Shown here one piece after another: positions 1 to 13,395 of a stretch of DNA of 64,000 bases. The notes under the pieces are model-generated. The model was not told the DNA's origin, did not search any database, and saw only the letters and a list, made by a program, of their open reading frames with translations. Source of the stretch: Antedon mediterranea (taxonomy: Eukaryota; Animalia; Echinodermata); NCBI RefSeq assembly GCF_964355755.1, contig NC_092671.1:18104001-18168000 (forward strand), given 5' to 3'. A program made the position numbers and the translations under genes. Each line of letters starts with the position of its first letter. Positions within the stretch are counted from its first letter, which is position 1.

Positions 1-306
1 ATTTATAGTTAATCATTCGAATAAACTGAACTGGAGAAAAGCAAAGTTGAATTGTATTGATTTTTCAACCTAGATTTATAATATTTAATATCAGATATGT
101 TCTAAACTAATCTTAAAAAGATTAGTTTGTCTAATTATTTCAAAGAATATTTTATGGGATGCGAAAGATAATTCTTTTTCTATTTAAAGCATAATTAGCA
201 ATTGGTTCCCAGACATTATTTTTATTATTTTATTTGACTTATACAATACGATACACAAGGCAATATTTCTAGTCAGATCACAATTTTTAAAAATGTATTT
301 ATTATT

Positions 307-419
307 CAACTTTGTTTTACACAAGTGCCCATATATGGACATGATGATAGCATATCACTACCATATTTAGTAGTCCCATCACACTTTTGTCGAACTAGTT
401 TGACAGTGTAAACAAAGCT
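307..419. mobile_element. degenerate copy of the small Harbinger-like MITE family (AGCTCTGTCTACAC termini)
   Basis: shares gtgcccatatatggacatgatg and agtttgacagtgtaaacaaagct with the copies at 12425, 17270, 44932, 50334 and 58306. Confidence 0.6.
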
Positions 420-513
420 GTACAGCTGTACTACAGCAGTACAGCTGACTTGAATAGGCCTTTTTTAAACATACTATTAACCATAAAATAATTGTATTTT
501 TAATATCTTGCAG

Positions 514-715
514 CTCACCAATCGAGTCTGTTCTCTTTTACGCCATCACCACTCTACACAATCTGCTTCTTCATCAAGAAGGAGCCAAGATGGCTGTCCG
601 CATTAATGGCGGCATACAGAAGATGGTGGCACTTCTTAGTAAAGAGAATGTCAAGTTCCTTGCCATTACAACAGACTGTCTACAGATCCTGGCATACGGA
701 AACCAAGAAAGCAAG
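514..715 (+). CDS. CTNNB1: beta-catenin exon (armadillo repeats; [28 protein letters not shown]...YGNQESK); upstream exons lie outside the window
   Basis: tgcag acceptor at 512-513 and GTAAG donor at 716; translation closely matches beta-catenin ARM3-4. Confidence 0.97.
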
Positions 716-840
716 GTAAGTTGTGCTAGTAGTAGTAGATTTACGTGGTTGTACGATGCAAAGATTATTAAGCCGGCATTGCTAAACCCTCGCAAACCTT
801 CAACAAACATAGCAAACTCCTTAAACAAACATAAATGCAA

Positions 841-1120
841 TTGAATCATGTAGTCACTCGTTTGGTGTTTGTCAAAACTACTTTTTTGTGGAGTAAAACA
901 TTATTTTTTGGTTTTACCCCAAATATAATAGTTAACAATTTGTTTCATTTTAATAAACCAAGTGAGTTGTACACTACATGATTCAATCACTTTTATTTGA
1001 TTTTCATTGTTTTTTTGTTTTATTTATTTTGTTTATCAAATGATGTTTAACCCTAAAAATAGTTAACAAAAGTTTACATTTTTGTTTACTTACCAAGTGA
1101 GTCATACACTACATGGTTTA
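841..1120. repeat. intronic repeat cluster: two direct units about 135 bp apart plus an inverted partial copy of accaagtgag...actacatgattcaa
   Basis: motif at 957-986 and 1092-1120; reverse complement at 841-866. Confidence 0.6.
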
Positions 1121-2906
1121 GATAGCAATACCTTTATTAAACAATTAGTGTTCTATAATTTTTTAATTAAACAAGAACAGTTACTTTTAAAGACATAACA
1201 TGGCGCTATTATTGATGTAAGTTTAATTTGCTGTCTACAGTACAGGATATATACAAAATTAGTTGCTTTAAACAACTGATTAAATTTGCTATAAATTAAA
1301 CCATTCCTTAAACTCCATTGTTTCATAAAAATAGAATTTCTTAAACGGTTTTATTTGATTGGGGGTACTGTTTTTTGTCAAATGAAGTTCCTGAACTCTT
1401 TTAGTTTGATGTATTTAATTTAAAACATTTCCTCCGTTAAAGTATACACCATAGAATGATCTTTTTAAATGGTTACAAAAGTAATAATTTTTACGAAATG
1501 CATCAATCATTCTTTGATATACCGCAGGTCAAAGGATTGCCGCCAACAGCCAAATATGTGAGTCAGAAAGCACTGTTGGCTTTGTCTTGAACAATATAGT
1601 TCCTCAAATTTATTTTCTTGATTGATGTTTGAATAAAACACCCTTCCATTTTATGAATTGGAGAAGAAAAGGGTGTTGGCCTTTCAAATTAGTTTTAGCC
1701 TAACCATACTTATTTATTAATTTATTTCAACTTTATTTAGAACCTAACCATTCTAGCTGAACCTGCAGGTCAGCTGCTATCCAGGGGCCCTCTTTAAAAT
1801 GACAAAATATAAAGAAACTATACTTATCTAAATTAAACTAAATTACATTTAACAAAGTACTATAAATCAGTATATTTAACAAATAAATAAATATACTGTC
1901 TAAAGCATAAATAAACTGAAATACTGAGGTTCTACAGAAAATGATAGTTGATTATTCTAATAATAATTTAATAAATTAAAATAAGAATATTAATAAAGAA
2001 AATATGGTTTCCAAGCTGTACAATTGAATTTTATTCTTTTTTTAAATTGAAAGCTATAAATATTTTATAAATTCATTCATTTTGTATATCAGGCAATTTA
2101 AAATGTGTTGTAAATTTACCTTAAGGCAAAGGGTATAGCCTTTATCCTTGAACTGTATACATACATAATGAAATTGTATATTATATGTACTGTATACTGA
2201 AGAACTATTAGCTTCATGTAATAAACTACAATATTGCTACATGTAATAATCTCAATTTTTATTTTATGTACAGTATTTTAAAACAGAAAAAAATTAATGA
2301 AAAGCATATTTACTGTCATTATACAAGCACACATTTACGAAAATCGGCAATGGTTTTGTAGAATTATTTGATCTTTGTTTAACCGATGCGGTAAGATGGT
2401 CACATGATACTTGTTGTAACTTAAAATCTCCAGAGACGTGTATGATTGACATGATACTTTAATATGTGCACTTAGAAAAGCATTTGCGTCTCTAAGCTTA
2501 GTATTTTAAAGAGATTCAATGAAATTTATTCTGCTATTTATCAGATGTGGAAAAAACTTTTGATTTATTTTAAAGAAATAATTTGAGAAATATTCTGATC
2601 ATTTAACCCTGTTAGAGTTGAGTCATCTACAAATACTCTGTTCTATTTATTTATTTCAACCATCTCAAGGAGTGTGAGATTATGAGTTAATTTCTGCACC
2701 CTCGTCTTTATATCATAAATAAAATAATGTTGATAAATGGGTACAGTATAATGTCTTTCTTACCATTTCCTCATTTTGTGAAGGTGATAATAATTGTTTG
2801 TTTAGCTGATATAGCATGAAATCTTGTAACCTTTAAATAATGTCTTAATTGAGCAGCTCAAAAACATCTTGTAAGGATAACAATTTCATTTATGTTTTAT
2901 CACTAG

Positions 2907-3051
2907 TTGATTATTTTGGCCAGCAACGGACCAGCTATGCTCGTTCATATTATGCGAACATACACCTATGAAAAACTGTTGTGGACAACAAGCCGAGTGT
3001 TGAAAGTGCTTTCAGTCTGTCCTAACAACAAGCCAGCAATATGTGAAGCAG
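2907..3051 (+). CDS. CTNNB1: beta-catenin exon (LIILASNGP...[18 protein letters not shown]...EAG)
   Basis: ctag acceptor and GTAAAT donor; conserved ARM sequence; phase 0 to 1. Confidence 0.97.
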
Positions 3052-4272
3052 GTAAATCTATTTATAACTTACATTCATACAAGCTCCAAAACATTGTTCA
3101 TTGATGACATTTAACACATATTAAAGTATACTGTACAATAAACCAATCATTGACTGCTGGTATCTAGGTTGTTTTCAAAACATAACATATACAATTTTCT
3201 TTTTATCAGGTGTTTTCAGTGTGAATATTTTTATGTAACATTTGTAGAAAATAATATGGCTTTCAGTGGGCTTACATTATCTCAGCCTGACCCAACAGGG
3301 TTGGCCTTTTGTTTGAACTCGTAATCTTATTACCAGTTTCATTTCGAAACTCTGTACTAAAACCCTCAGACTCTGTATTTACTTCCATTTCTAGTTTCTA
3401 TAAACTATTTTTGACAAATATGTTTGTATTACTGTACACTGTTTTCTTCTCACTCTCTTCCTTAACTTTCAATGGTGGACAAACTAGTGGCTCATTCGCA
3501 TGTGGGTTCTCATATTAATTTAAATGATCATTGTTCAACAAAATATGATAAACAAATATGCAAAATAAATTGATTTGCTTGATTAATCTTAACATACGGT
3601 GAACGAATAAATTATAATTAGTTATTCTAATTCTGAAAATATATAATTAATATTTAATGGTGAAGTTATAATCTAAAATGTGTTTATTTTTATCTTTTAT
3701 ATTCCTATATAGAATATTTAATTGTATACAACAGTTGTGACTTTATTCAATGCATACTTTATTATGAAGATAACATATACAGCTGAACATAAATTTGTCT
3801 GCATGATACATATTATAAATTTAAATTACATGTAATGCGTAGTTGCTTCACATGTATTAAATCTACTCTGATGGCTTTCACTGCAAATTAATGTGCGAGC
3901 AATCATACCTGCTCTCCACAGAGATGTTGATTTCAATTACTTTAGAATATATGCATTCACTCTCTGTTAATATACATTATGAGTTTCTATTTCAAGATAT
4001 TTTTTCTGTGTCTTTTGTCGCATTTTAAAAATTAATCTATAGTGATGGTTTTCTAAAAAAAAAAAAAATGATAGTAGTACATTATTGATAATAATATCCT
4101 GCATTGATAAAGTGCCTAATCTTGTGAAAGCGATGTATACATTATTATCTCTGTCTTTTTTTTTTAATCAAACACGTATGGAAACATTTTCATAATGGTG
4201 CAGCTATTATTTTCTGGGGAAATGTTTCTTGGCTGAAGGAGGGGGTTCTAGGCGTTTGAACCCTGTAATAAT

Positions 4273-4762
4273 AGGGAGTTTTCGCAACCTTACGAATACG
4301 ATAATGAAAACGGATACGTCACACATTTGTGAAACTTTTGAGCTGATCCCCATTTCATATTCGTAAAGCGTATTCGTGTTGACGAATATCACCAGTCATT
4401 CGTAACTACAAAACGAGTATAGTTTTTGATCTATTTTACACATTTTGCATTTGAATCGGGAATGATTCATGATTATAATATAATTATACTTTTATTATTA
4501 AAGTAATTTACTAAAGTAATTTACTAAAATGCTTGGTCAATTTTGATAAATAGCAGTTTTTAAAGTCCACATTCGCTTTGATGTTACACTAGGCCAATGC
4601 AGCCAAGCACCAAGCAACTGTACACGTACCTGCGCTTCGCTTGAATTTACCGCAGTCATATTTTGGAAGGCGCCCTCAATATTTCGTTGCCATGCGAAAC
4701 CGATTTTTACTGGCTTACTGCCCATTTTCGTTACCGTATTCGTAAGATTGTGAAAACTCCCT
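4273..4762. mobile_element. non-autonomous DNA transposon (PIF/Harbinger-type, AWT TSD)
   Basis: TIR AGGGAGTTTTCGCAACCTTACGAATACG / CGTATTCGTAAGATTGTGAAAACTCCCT; AAT on both sides; second copy at 46289. Confidence 0.85.
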
Positions 4763-5569
4763 AATAATTGCTATGCATACATTTTCTTTGTGGGTTCTAT
4801 GGATGACTTTACTGTATATTGTAAATAAAGATTTACTTAATTTTATTAGATAAAATTGCATTATTAAGTTATTAAATAATCATGCTTGTCAGCACTCTAA
4901 TATGAGCTTTCAAAAGAACAAATGAATGAATTTGTGAATAATTGCTACTTTTATAAGTGTTGATCACTAACACTAATGAATACAAATTAAGTGAAGTTCA
5001 CACTAATTATTAATGTTTTGATAATGTATGATTAACTTAATTGACATTAACATGGAATAAATTTATTCAATCATATATGACTCAACAATTACTTTAACAT
5101 TCAATCCATTATACTATCATGTAAGCAAAAATACAATGTAGCCTACATTATGCATTTAGTAAAGTATTTATTAAGCACACATGCTTCTCTTATACTATAG
5201 TTTTTAAGAGTTGTAACACATGATTAATTTAATCCAAATTTAGTTGTATTGTCATGGGCTTTCATGTTATGATATTTTAACATTTTAGTTCTAATAATGT
5301 AATATAGGTTTGTTGGCCCATAATTATTTTTATATATTTAACCACTTATAAATAAATAATTTTAAAATGGGGTAGCGTTCGCATATAATATTACTAATAA
5401 AAAAATAGATCTATAAAATGTTGTTCATTATACTGTAGCAGTCAAGGGGTGAGAGGAAAATTCTATGGATACACTCTTGATACTAGTTGGGATATGCAAT
5501 ATATCGATTAATAATATAAATTGAGAATATATAATATTGTAACTATGTGTGAAATTATTTTGTTTTCAG

Positions 5570-5673
5570 GTGGAATTCAAGCCCTTGGAATGCACCTGGC
5601 ACACCAGAGCAACAGGCTTGTTCAGAACTGTCTGTGGACACTTAGAAATCTGTCTGATGCTAATGTCAAAGTT
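5570..5673 (+). CDS. CTNNB1: beta-catenin exon ([10 protein letters not shown]...[14 protein letters not shown])
   Basis: ttcag acceptor and GTAAGT donor; frame continuous with the previous exon. Confidence 0.97.
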
Positions 5674-5790
5674 GTAAGTCTTGTTTTTACTACCAAAAGA
5701 AGTTTATTAAACAAATTTGTGATCTTAAGTCTTTGCCTTGTAATACAGTATTGTCTAAATGTTGTTTTTGTTTTTGTATATTTAATTTAG

Positions 5791-5997
5791 GATGACATTG
5801 AGGGAGTAATGCAGATGCTTGTACAACTGTTGTCATCCAATGACATCAACGTTGTCACATGCGCCGCTGGTATTCTTTCCAACCTGACGTGTAACAGCCC
5901 TCGTGCCAAGATGATTGTCTGTCAAATTGGTGGTATTGAAGCCCTGGTTGGAACCATTCTACAAGCTCGAGATAGAGAAGATATCACAGAACCAGCC
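5791..5997 (+). CDS. CTNNB1: beta-catenin exon ([14 protein letters not shown]...[12 protein letters not shown]...REDITEPA)
   Basis: tttag acceptor and GTATGT donor; conserved ARM sequence. Confidence 0.97.
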
Positions 5998-6477
5998 GTA
6001 TGTATTCATTTACCAATTAAATTCTCAGCTTAGTGTTAAAAGTATATTTGAAAGTTAGTAATGTTGTGAAGACCTAAACTTGATTTTGTATTAGTAAGGC
6101 TAATGGGACTTATGATTATATAACCCAATCTAATCATTTGAATTTTAAAAATCCTATTAATTTTAAAATGATGTATGGATTTTGAAATCTTGCATGCATT
6201 TAAATAACTGCAAAATACCAGCTGTAAGATGTGAACTTGTTAAATGCTATTCATTCACTGTGGATTATATTGATCTTCCATATAAACTAGGCATTCAAGA
6301 TATGATCCCGTGCCGTATTAAATTCTTATTACCTTTAATAAGAGATTTAAGATGTCATTACAATAATGTTGAATTTTTCAACTATAGCTATGCAATTCTT
6401 TCTGTAACTAAATCCATTAATTTCCAAGTTTTATATACATTTGAGTTATTTATTCAATGTTCTTTTGACTACTCTAG

Positions 6478-6660
<183 letters not shown>

Positions 6661-6916
6661 TGATTTGACAGATTTTTAACAATATATCAAAGCGATGTAA
6701 AAGTAAGGTATTATAATTTTCAAGCTTAACTGCAAACTGAGGAGATAGGACATCTGATGGCTGCAAGCAATACATTCATTCAATCTTTCTTTTTTTCTGA
6801 ATCTCTGTTCCATAGAAAGTAAAATTACATATAAATGAATAAAAAATAAACAAGACTGTACTAATTACTGCTATTATTGATAATAATGGTTATGGATAAA
6901 TATATATGAAATATAT

Positions 6917-8605
6917 GCCCAATGGGTTTAACCCGTCTGACTCGGATTTTAATGAAAATTGGTATACATGTTCGTTTTTATCATTTTTGTCAAATTTGGG
7001 TGTGGCATATCTCCGAAAATAATGGTCCGATTTCGTTAAAATTTGAGATTTCGCCATGAGAGTGCACAACGAACATCTGGGGTAGCACTAACATTTCATT
7101 TTGTTTAGCCATTTGGCGAAAGTCAAAATATTTTTTTTAGTCAAATCAGTTTATCTATAGCCAAAATGGCTAAAGTCAAATTTTTTTATTTAGCCAAATG
7201 AATCGGTTTATAGCCAAAATTTAAAATTTTTGAAATATAGTGGTAAAAATATTTTAGTCAATTTATCTATGTCAACAGGTCTATACACTGTTCCCTGAAC
7301 ATTTTTGTAAGGCATTGAGATAAAGAACCATGCCTAAATCACTGTATGATTAAAAAAAATATTTTTTTTTGTATTTTTTTTACATGATCAAAACAATTCT
7401 TCAAATTGTTTTTAATCATACAGCATTTATACAGTTATCAATTTAATAAGAAACATTTAACAGTTTTCTGAAATCCCCTGAACGCTATGTTACTTTTGTT
7501 TTTTACGCTTGGCTGGTCATGGCGTACCAGGCGAAAATCGTGTCCTAGAATCACCGCCGCGCAGCGGGTTAATGTTTTTAAATTGGGTATGCTCAAGAGG
7601 TGCGAAAGTGCAGAACAGCCGGCCTAGGCCTACAAAATTATGTACAACAACGCAACGGTATATCGTATGCTAAAAATATTGAGGAAAATTCCTAGCAAAC
7701 GAACACTCGTATCGTTCTTAAAAGTAAGATAATATAGGCCAAAGCACAAGAGTACACGTCTTTCCATCCCTCAAGACTGCGCCGAAGCGTTTCTGTCAGG
7801 GCGAGAAATTTCCGATTATTATTTATTTACACAAAACAACACAGAATTAAGCCGGCGACCGGCCCCGCTCAGATGCACGTGTGTGTTTAGCTAAATCCCC
7901 GTTAGGCTCTACCATTTCCCGCATGTTGTTTTGTTTACACTACTGACGCACGAGGGAAGTTTATTAAGGCTAAAATATGAAACTACATTAAATTGGAAGA
8001 CTCTAAAATGCATAACGCATACATTTTTGATTTCGATAAGATTAAGACATCATTCATCGAAGATACTATAATGTTTCTTTTTAATCTGAAAAGTACACCC
8101 CTATCGAAAAAATAGACAATCCCGGTAATTAGCCGACCGTCGGCTACGTAGTCGATCGTTTGTGCAGCGCACAACACGTGATAGTTTGGGTAGACTTCAT
8201 CATCCATGTGTCGTGTAACGTCTTTCTCTCTGTGCAGTCTACCTCTGCTATCCATCTTTTTGAAATAACAAAGAGACGCCTGGTACAACGAAACAAGTTT
8301 ACGAAAAATCGAGCTTGAAGTAAACAACGTGATAACGAACAAAATAAATGCTTGGAGATCGACAAATGGACGTTTTAGTTATACTTTATGCTTTCGCCAA
8401 AATGATTATTTAATTATCTATTTTATCATATGTCATCGCCAAAATGGCTAAAGTAGCCGTTTTATTTTTCGCCAATCTAGAAACGTTTTCGCCCATGGCG
8501 ACTTGGCGATCGGCCAGTGCGAGCCTAGAACATGTATACCAATTTTCATTAAAATCCGAGTCGGACGGGTTAAACCCATTGGGGTGATTTGGTACGGAAT
8601 GACCC
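6917..8605. mobile_element. 1.7-kb non-autonomous TIR element (GGGTCATTCC-type end, possibly Sola-like); left terminus partly deleted
   Basis: 56-bp near-perfect inverted repeat 6918-6973 / 8528-8583; GC-richer interior; internal gccaaaatggctaaagt repeats. Confidence 0.75.
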
Positions 8606-9638
8606 ATTTGGGTTTAATTCATCCCGTTTTGACCTTCCTTTTAAATCAATTCTCCAGCTTAACACAAGATTTGTCAACTTTACATGGAAAGCTTTATCTT
8701 AAACTTTTTAATCAAATTTTTACATATTTTTTCATATTAAAATAAAACTAAACAGATCATAAATTGAATTGCATGAATTCTGATTCTAACAACAAATATC
8801 TTAATACAGATTAATGATGGAAAAAATGATTTACCTAATGCATGATTTCCAGTTGGCCTTGACTTGGATTAAATGTTGAAAGATTTTTTTATAATTAAAA
8901 AGTTTCACAATTTGTTTTTTATTTCAAGTTGAGAAACTTCTTGAAATTAAATATATTTTATCATTTAGATCTGTATCATATATTCTTATAGATAATTATT
9001 GCTTAAAGGGTGTATATCTGAAAATAGATAGTAAAGGGGTGATTAAATTTATTCTATGCTTTGGGGCTATGAGCCAATTAAATCTATGAATCTGCTGCAG
9101 TAATTGAAATAAATGTATTCAGTTTTATATTTCACTCATTATTCATAAAACTACATTCACTAGAAGCTTTTCAATTATGTAAAGTTGAATTTTAGTAATA
9201 AATAATGATAAATTTAATGTATGAATTGAGACAGAATAACATATTCACAATTTCATCATTACTCTCAGGAGTGTTCTTGTATTTGATAATAATATTTTAG
9301 TAATGGATATGATGAATTCTGACACAAAATCCAGGTTTTTATGATCACATAAAATATTATTTAATTATACATTATAATGCAAGCTGTATTGCACCAACAG
9401 TTCATACAACAATATGTATGTACGGTAGACGGTAGATTTTGAATAACTTTTCTACAGATTGAACATCATGTACTGTATGTGATTTAAAGCAAGTTACCAA
9501 ACTGTCAAATAAGCAAAAACAATAAAATAAAAATAAATGTTTTTATCAAATCAAACTATATCAATTTAAACAAAATTTAAATCATATGTATTATTTCTTA
9601 TTAAAATCATTTAAATTGATTAATATTTTTATTTATAG

Positions 9639-9761
9639 GCAACTGTTGGACTTATTCGAAATCTAGCACTTTGCCCAGCAAACCATGCTCCACTTAGAGA
9701 ACACGGAGCACTCCCACGTCTTGTCCAGTTGTTGATGCGAGCTCACCAAGACACACAGCGA
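9639..9761 (+). CDS. CTNNB1: beta-catenin exon ([41 protein letters not shown])
   Basis: tatag acceptor and GTAAGT donor; near-identical to canonical beta-catenin. Confidence 0.97.
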
Positions 9762-10111
9762 GTAAGTGCTTTAATTTTTGTCATTTTGTAAGGTGCATTT
9801 AATTCCTATATTTAATATTATAGTGCATGTGTACTTAATGATGCGGTCATTGCAAATTACCAGATCCTACAATTAATGATTGTTATTCTACTTTGACCTC
9901 AGTGCACATACAATTAAGGTGGTGATATCCATTTCAGTCGGGGGGAAAATGGCTGGAGTTTTATGTGGTTAAGTTATCAGATAGTCCATATTGTATAACA
10001 ATAGTGCTGATTTTGCCATTTTCCCCTTAACCGAGAGTAATTTGAATATATATAGTATGTACTCAATAATAGTAGTTAAGCACATAACCACTTTCAACTT
10101 TACCTTCTCAG

Positions 10112-10273
10112 CGAACATCAATGGGAAGTAATGGCAGCACACAAAGCAGAGTTGACGGAGTACGTATGGAAGAAATCGTTGAAGGTTCTGTTGGCGCTCT
10201 TCATATCTTGGCTCGTGAGACACACAACCGTGCCATTATCCGTGGTCTTAACAGCATTCCCCTATTCGTTCAG
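10112..10273 (+). CDS. CTNNB1: beta-catenin exon (RTSMGSNG...[22 protein letters not shown]...IPLFVQ)
   Basis: ctcag acceptor and GTAATT donor; conserved motif. Confidence 0.97.
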
Positions 10274-11729
10274 GTAATTATATGAGTGGCATTGTTCTTT
10301 TTATTTGATTAAAAATCAAGACAAAAATTATTTTTAGTAGGGCTAGACAGAATGGTCAGATTAAAAAAAAATCTTAGTGCAGCACCACCATTAAAATCAC
10401 ATTGACAAGCTATTTGTTTAGTAGACATGACTACATTACTAGAATTGATTGAGCAAACATATCTTATCTTGTGAATATTGTCAAGGTTGCGGAGACTTAA
10501 GTAGATTTAAAGTTTAATTGAATAATCTTACATGAAACGTTTTTACACTTTTTTTTGTACATCAAAGAGTATTTCTTGTTATCGTCTATTTGTTTAAAAA
10601 ATACCTAATTAAGTTATAGCAAGGAAATTCAAATAACATTTGATTTTAGATAGAGGAAGTGATCTTGACAGAATAACTAATAGGTTACTGACCTCGAAAT
10701 GACCTACCTTCCATCATTTATGATTTTTCTTATTAAAACTAACTGTTTGATACCATCTTTTTTTAGACATTTTGGTATTGTAAATTAATAGTATCGGGTT
10801 CTGTAAAATACCTTCTTTTAACAGCTGATCAACTATCATACCACAATGTTCAGACTAAATAAATAAGCAAAAACACAATAATTTTGTAATGTACTCAATG
10901 TGAATGAAATATTGAACCAAACATGGGACAATTGTCATTCATAAACATTAAGAATGATTACACAGTAGCTATCCATAGGTCTGACAGTTACTGCTATGGT
11001 TTTATTTTAACTCACTATTTGTTAAAGCTATGAGCCACTTTTATAACAAAGAACAAACACAAATTCTCTTGTCTGGGTGAAGTTAAGCATGCTAAATTAT
11101 AACTAGCAATTTGGTGAAATGGAAATTCTGCTTCAATGGTTCTCTACTAGTAAACAAGTTGGCTTGATTTATACCTTTAGGCATTATTAATATTTTAATT
11201 GTATTGTATTGTCCTTTATTAATATAATATTAATATATTCATTAGGTAGTTTAAAGGTTATTAGAAATGAGAATGGTTTATTTTATAGGAACTGAGCAAT
11301 GTTTAAACAAAAATTAATTTGCAATAATGTTGGAATTTATTGTAAGGTTTTTCAGAGAAGCGAGGAAAATACCAGTGATTACATTGCCAAGTCCAAGATG
11401 TAAAAATGTATTTGTTACCTTTTCAGTATAACATATAAATGTATCCCATGGGAGGAAGACTGAATTATAATATGGCCTGAGAGCAAAATCAAATTGATCC
11501 ATAATATTACTATATATGGAATGATTTAGCCTAAAAGGCTGCAAGGCATATGCAAAACAGTTACTATAGTTGGATATTAATCTACTTATCAATATTTTAA
11601 AAGATGAGAAAATTATGTGGTATTTATGTGGTATTAATATAGGTTGCGGTATGCATTTATGATATAAGTAGGGATTGATCCGACAGGAAATACAATTCTG
11701 ATTGTTTTTCGATGTTTTGTTTCTTTCAG

Positions 11730-11880
11730 CTGCTCTACTCCAATGTGGAAAATATCCAACGTGTCGCTGCTGGGGTCCTTTGTGAGCTGGCACAAGACAA
11801 AGAAGGCGCTGAGATTATCGAGCAGGAGGGTGCCACTGCACCACTCACAGAATTGTTACACTCTAGCAATGAGGGAGTTA
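11730..11880 (+). CDS. CTNNB1: beta-catenin exon ([25 protein letters not shown]...[10 protein letters not shown])
   Basis: ttcag acceptor and GTAAGT donor. Confidence 0.97.
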
Positions 11881-12290
11881 GTAAGTTAAAAGCATAATTA
11901 TATATTTTATAGTGTAATACACAATTTGTATTTGTGCATAGAAAATGTAATATAAAGAGAATCAAATATTGAAAACTGATATCTATTAAGATATTGTTCA
12001 TCATGCTTATATATGGTTGAATAATGTACAAAGTTCTGTGTATGTGCAGTTGAACTCAGAGGGACACCTTTATGACCTTATTGGGTGTTAAAACATATAT
12101 TTTGCCTCATTCATGTCACAGGAAAATGTCCCCTTGATACGGGTGTCCCAAAGGACGTACTGTATATGTACACAGGATCATCTCACCTGAAATATGATAC
12201 AGCCATCTCTACACTAAATAAGTAAAAGAAATGGAAAAAAAAATCGATGAAAAACAATTGAATGTTATTGAATGCTTATTTTTATTGTAG

Positions 12291-12406
12291 CTACTTATGC
12301 CGCTGCTGTGTTATTCAGGATGTCTGAAGACAAACCAGCAGACTACAAGAGCAGGATCTCTATTGAGTTGTCATCTTCCTTCTTCAATCGTCCGCAATGG
12401 CAAGAC
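12291..12406 (+). CDS. CTNNB1: beta-catenin exon ([31 protein letters not shown]...)
   Basis: tgtag acceptor and GTAAGT donor; ARM12/helix C sequence. Confidence 0.96.
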
Positions 12407-12424
12407 GTAAGTAAAAGAAACTAA

Positions 12425-12551
12425 AGCTCTATCTACACCTATCAAACTTGTTTGACAAAAAATGTGTGATGTACCTAAATATGTTAGTGATATGACATCA
12501 TCATGTCCATATATGGGCACATCACATAACTTTGATAGCAAAGACTGAGCT
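12425..12551. mobile_element. small Harbinger-like MITE copy
   Basis: agctctatctacac...tttgatagcaaagactgagct termini; multicopy in the window. Confidence 0.7.
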
Positions 12552-12749
12552 TACTGTATATAATCAAACAATGAAGGTGTTTTGAAAACAAATGTACTGT
12601 CTAATGTGGAAAAAATGGTCACGATATCAAAATATACAATTTACTTATATTGGATTTCTAAGTTCTATTTTCTTGCTGCAGATTATAATTTGCGTTATGT
12701 TAAAGTAAGGCAGTTTACACAACTAAATGAATTTGTTTTCTATCTACAG

Positions 12750-12852
12750 AATGACTTTGACCCACAAATGCTTGGTCAAGACCATCCTACCATGTATTCC
12801 CACCACAGCAGTCGCAGCAGTCTTCCACAGCAAGACTTCAGACAACACCAAG
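12750..12852 (+). CDS. CTNNB1: beta-catenin C-terminal domain exon (NDFDPQMLGQDHPTMYSHHSSRSSLPQQDFRQHQ)
   Basis: tacag acceptor and GTAAAT donor; phases fit both neighbours. Confidence 0.88.
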
Positions 12853-13216
12853 GTAAATTCCAATTTAAAATTATCTAGGCAGCTCAGCTGTATATGTAGC
12901 TGATTGCTCAAAAACATCTGGTTTATTTTGGTATTTATGATTGAGTAGAGGCATGGGCTATTTCTATATTCTATTGAAAATTCACGAGAGTATTTTTATT
13001 GGGTTTGTTTATTACAACCAAAAGCACTAAGCCATAAGTAGGATTATTTTATGTTTAAGAGAATGCTAGAAATGGGGTAGCTTATTCCTTCTCATTGACT
13101 CAACTACAAATAACTTGTGTGTGTATAACTTTGCTAGGACATGATAAAAGAGTATTGTAGGAATTCTGGTTAATCACAAACATGCCACATTTACATTTTG
13201 TTTTGTTTTTTTTTAG

Positions 13217-13395
13217 ATCCTTCATTTGGAAACAACCCCATGACACCTGGCTCAATAGAACCAATGATGCAAGACCTCGATCTTGGACCTGGACTTGACT
13301 ACGACGGCAACTCTGAACTAGGAGCCTCATCAGCTCTAGAAGATGTTAACCCATCAGATCGATCTGGATTAGTGTTCTACGACACTGATTTGTAA
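13217..13395 (+). CDS. CTNNB1: beta-catenin terminal coding exon ending ...GLVFYDTDL*
   Basis: tttag acceptor; canonical C-terminal DTDL PDZ-binding motif; TAA at 13393-13395. Confidence 0.95.
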
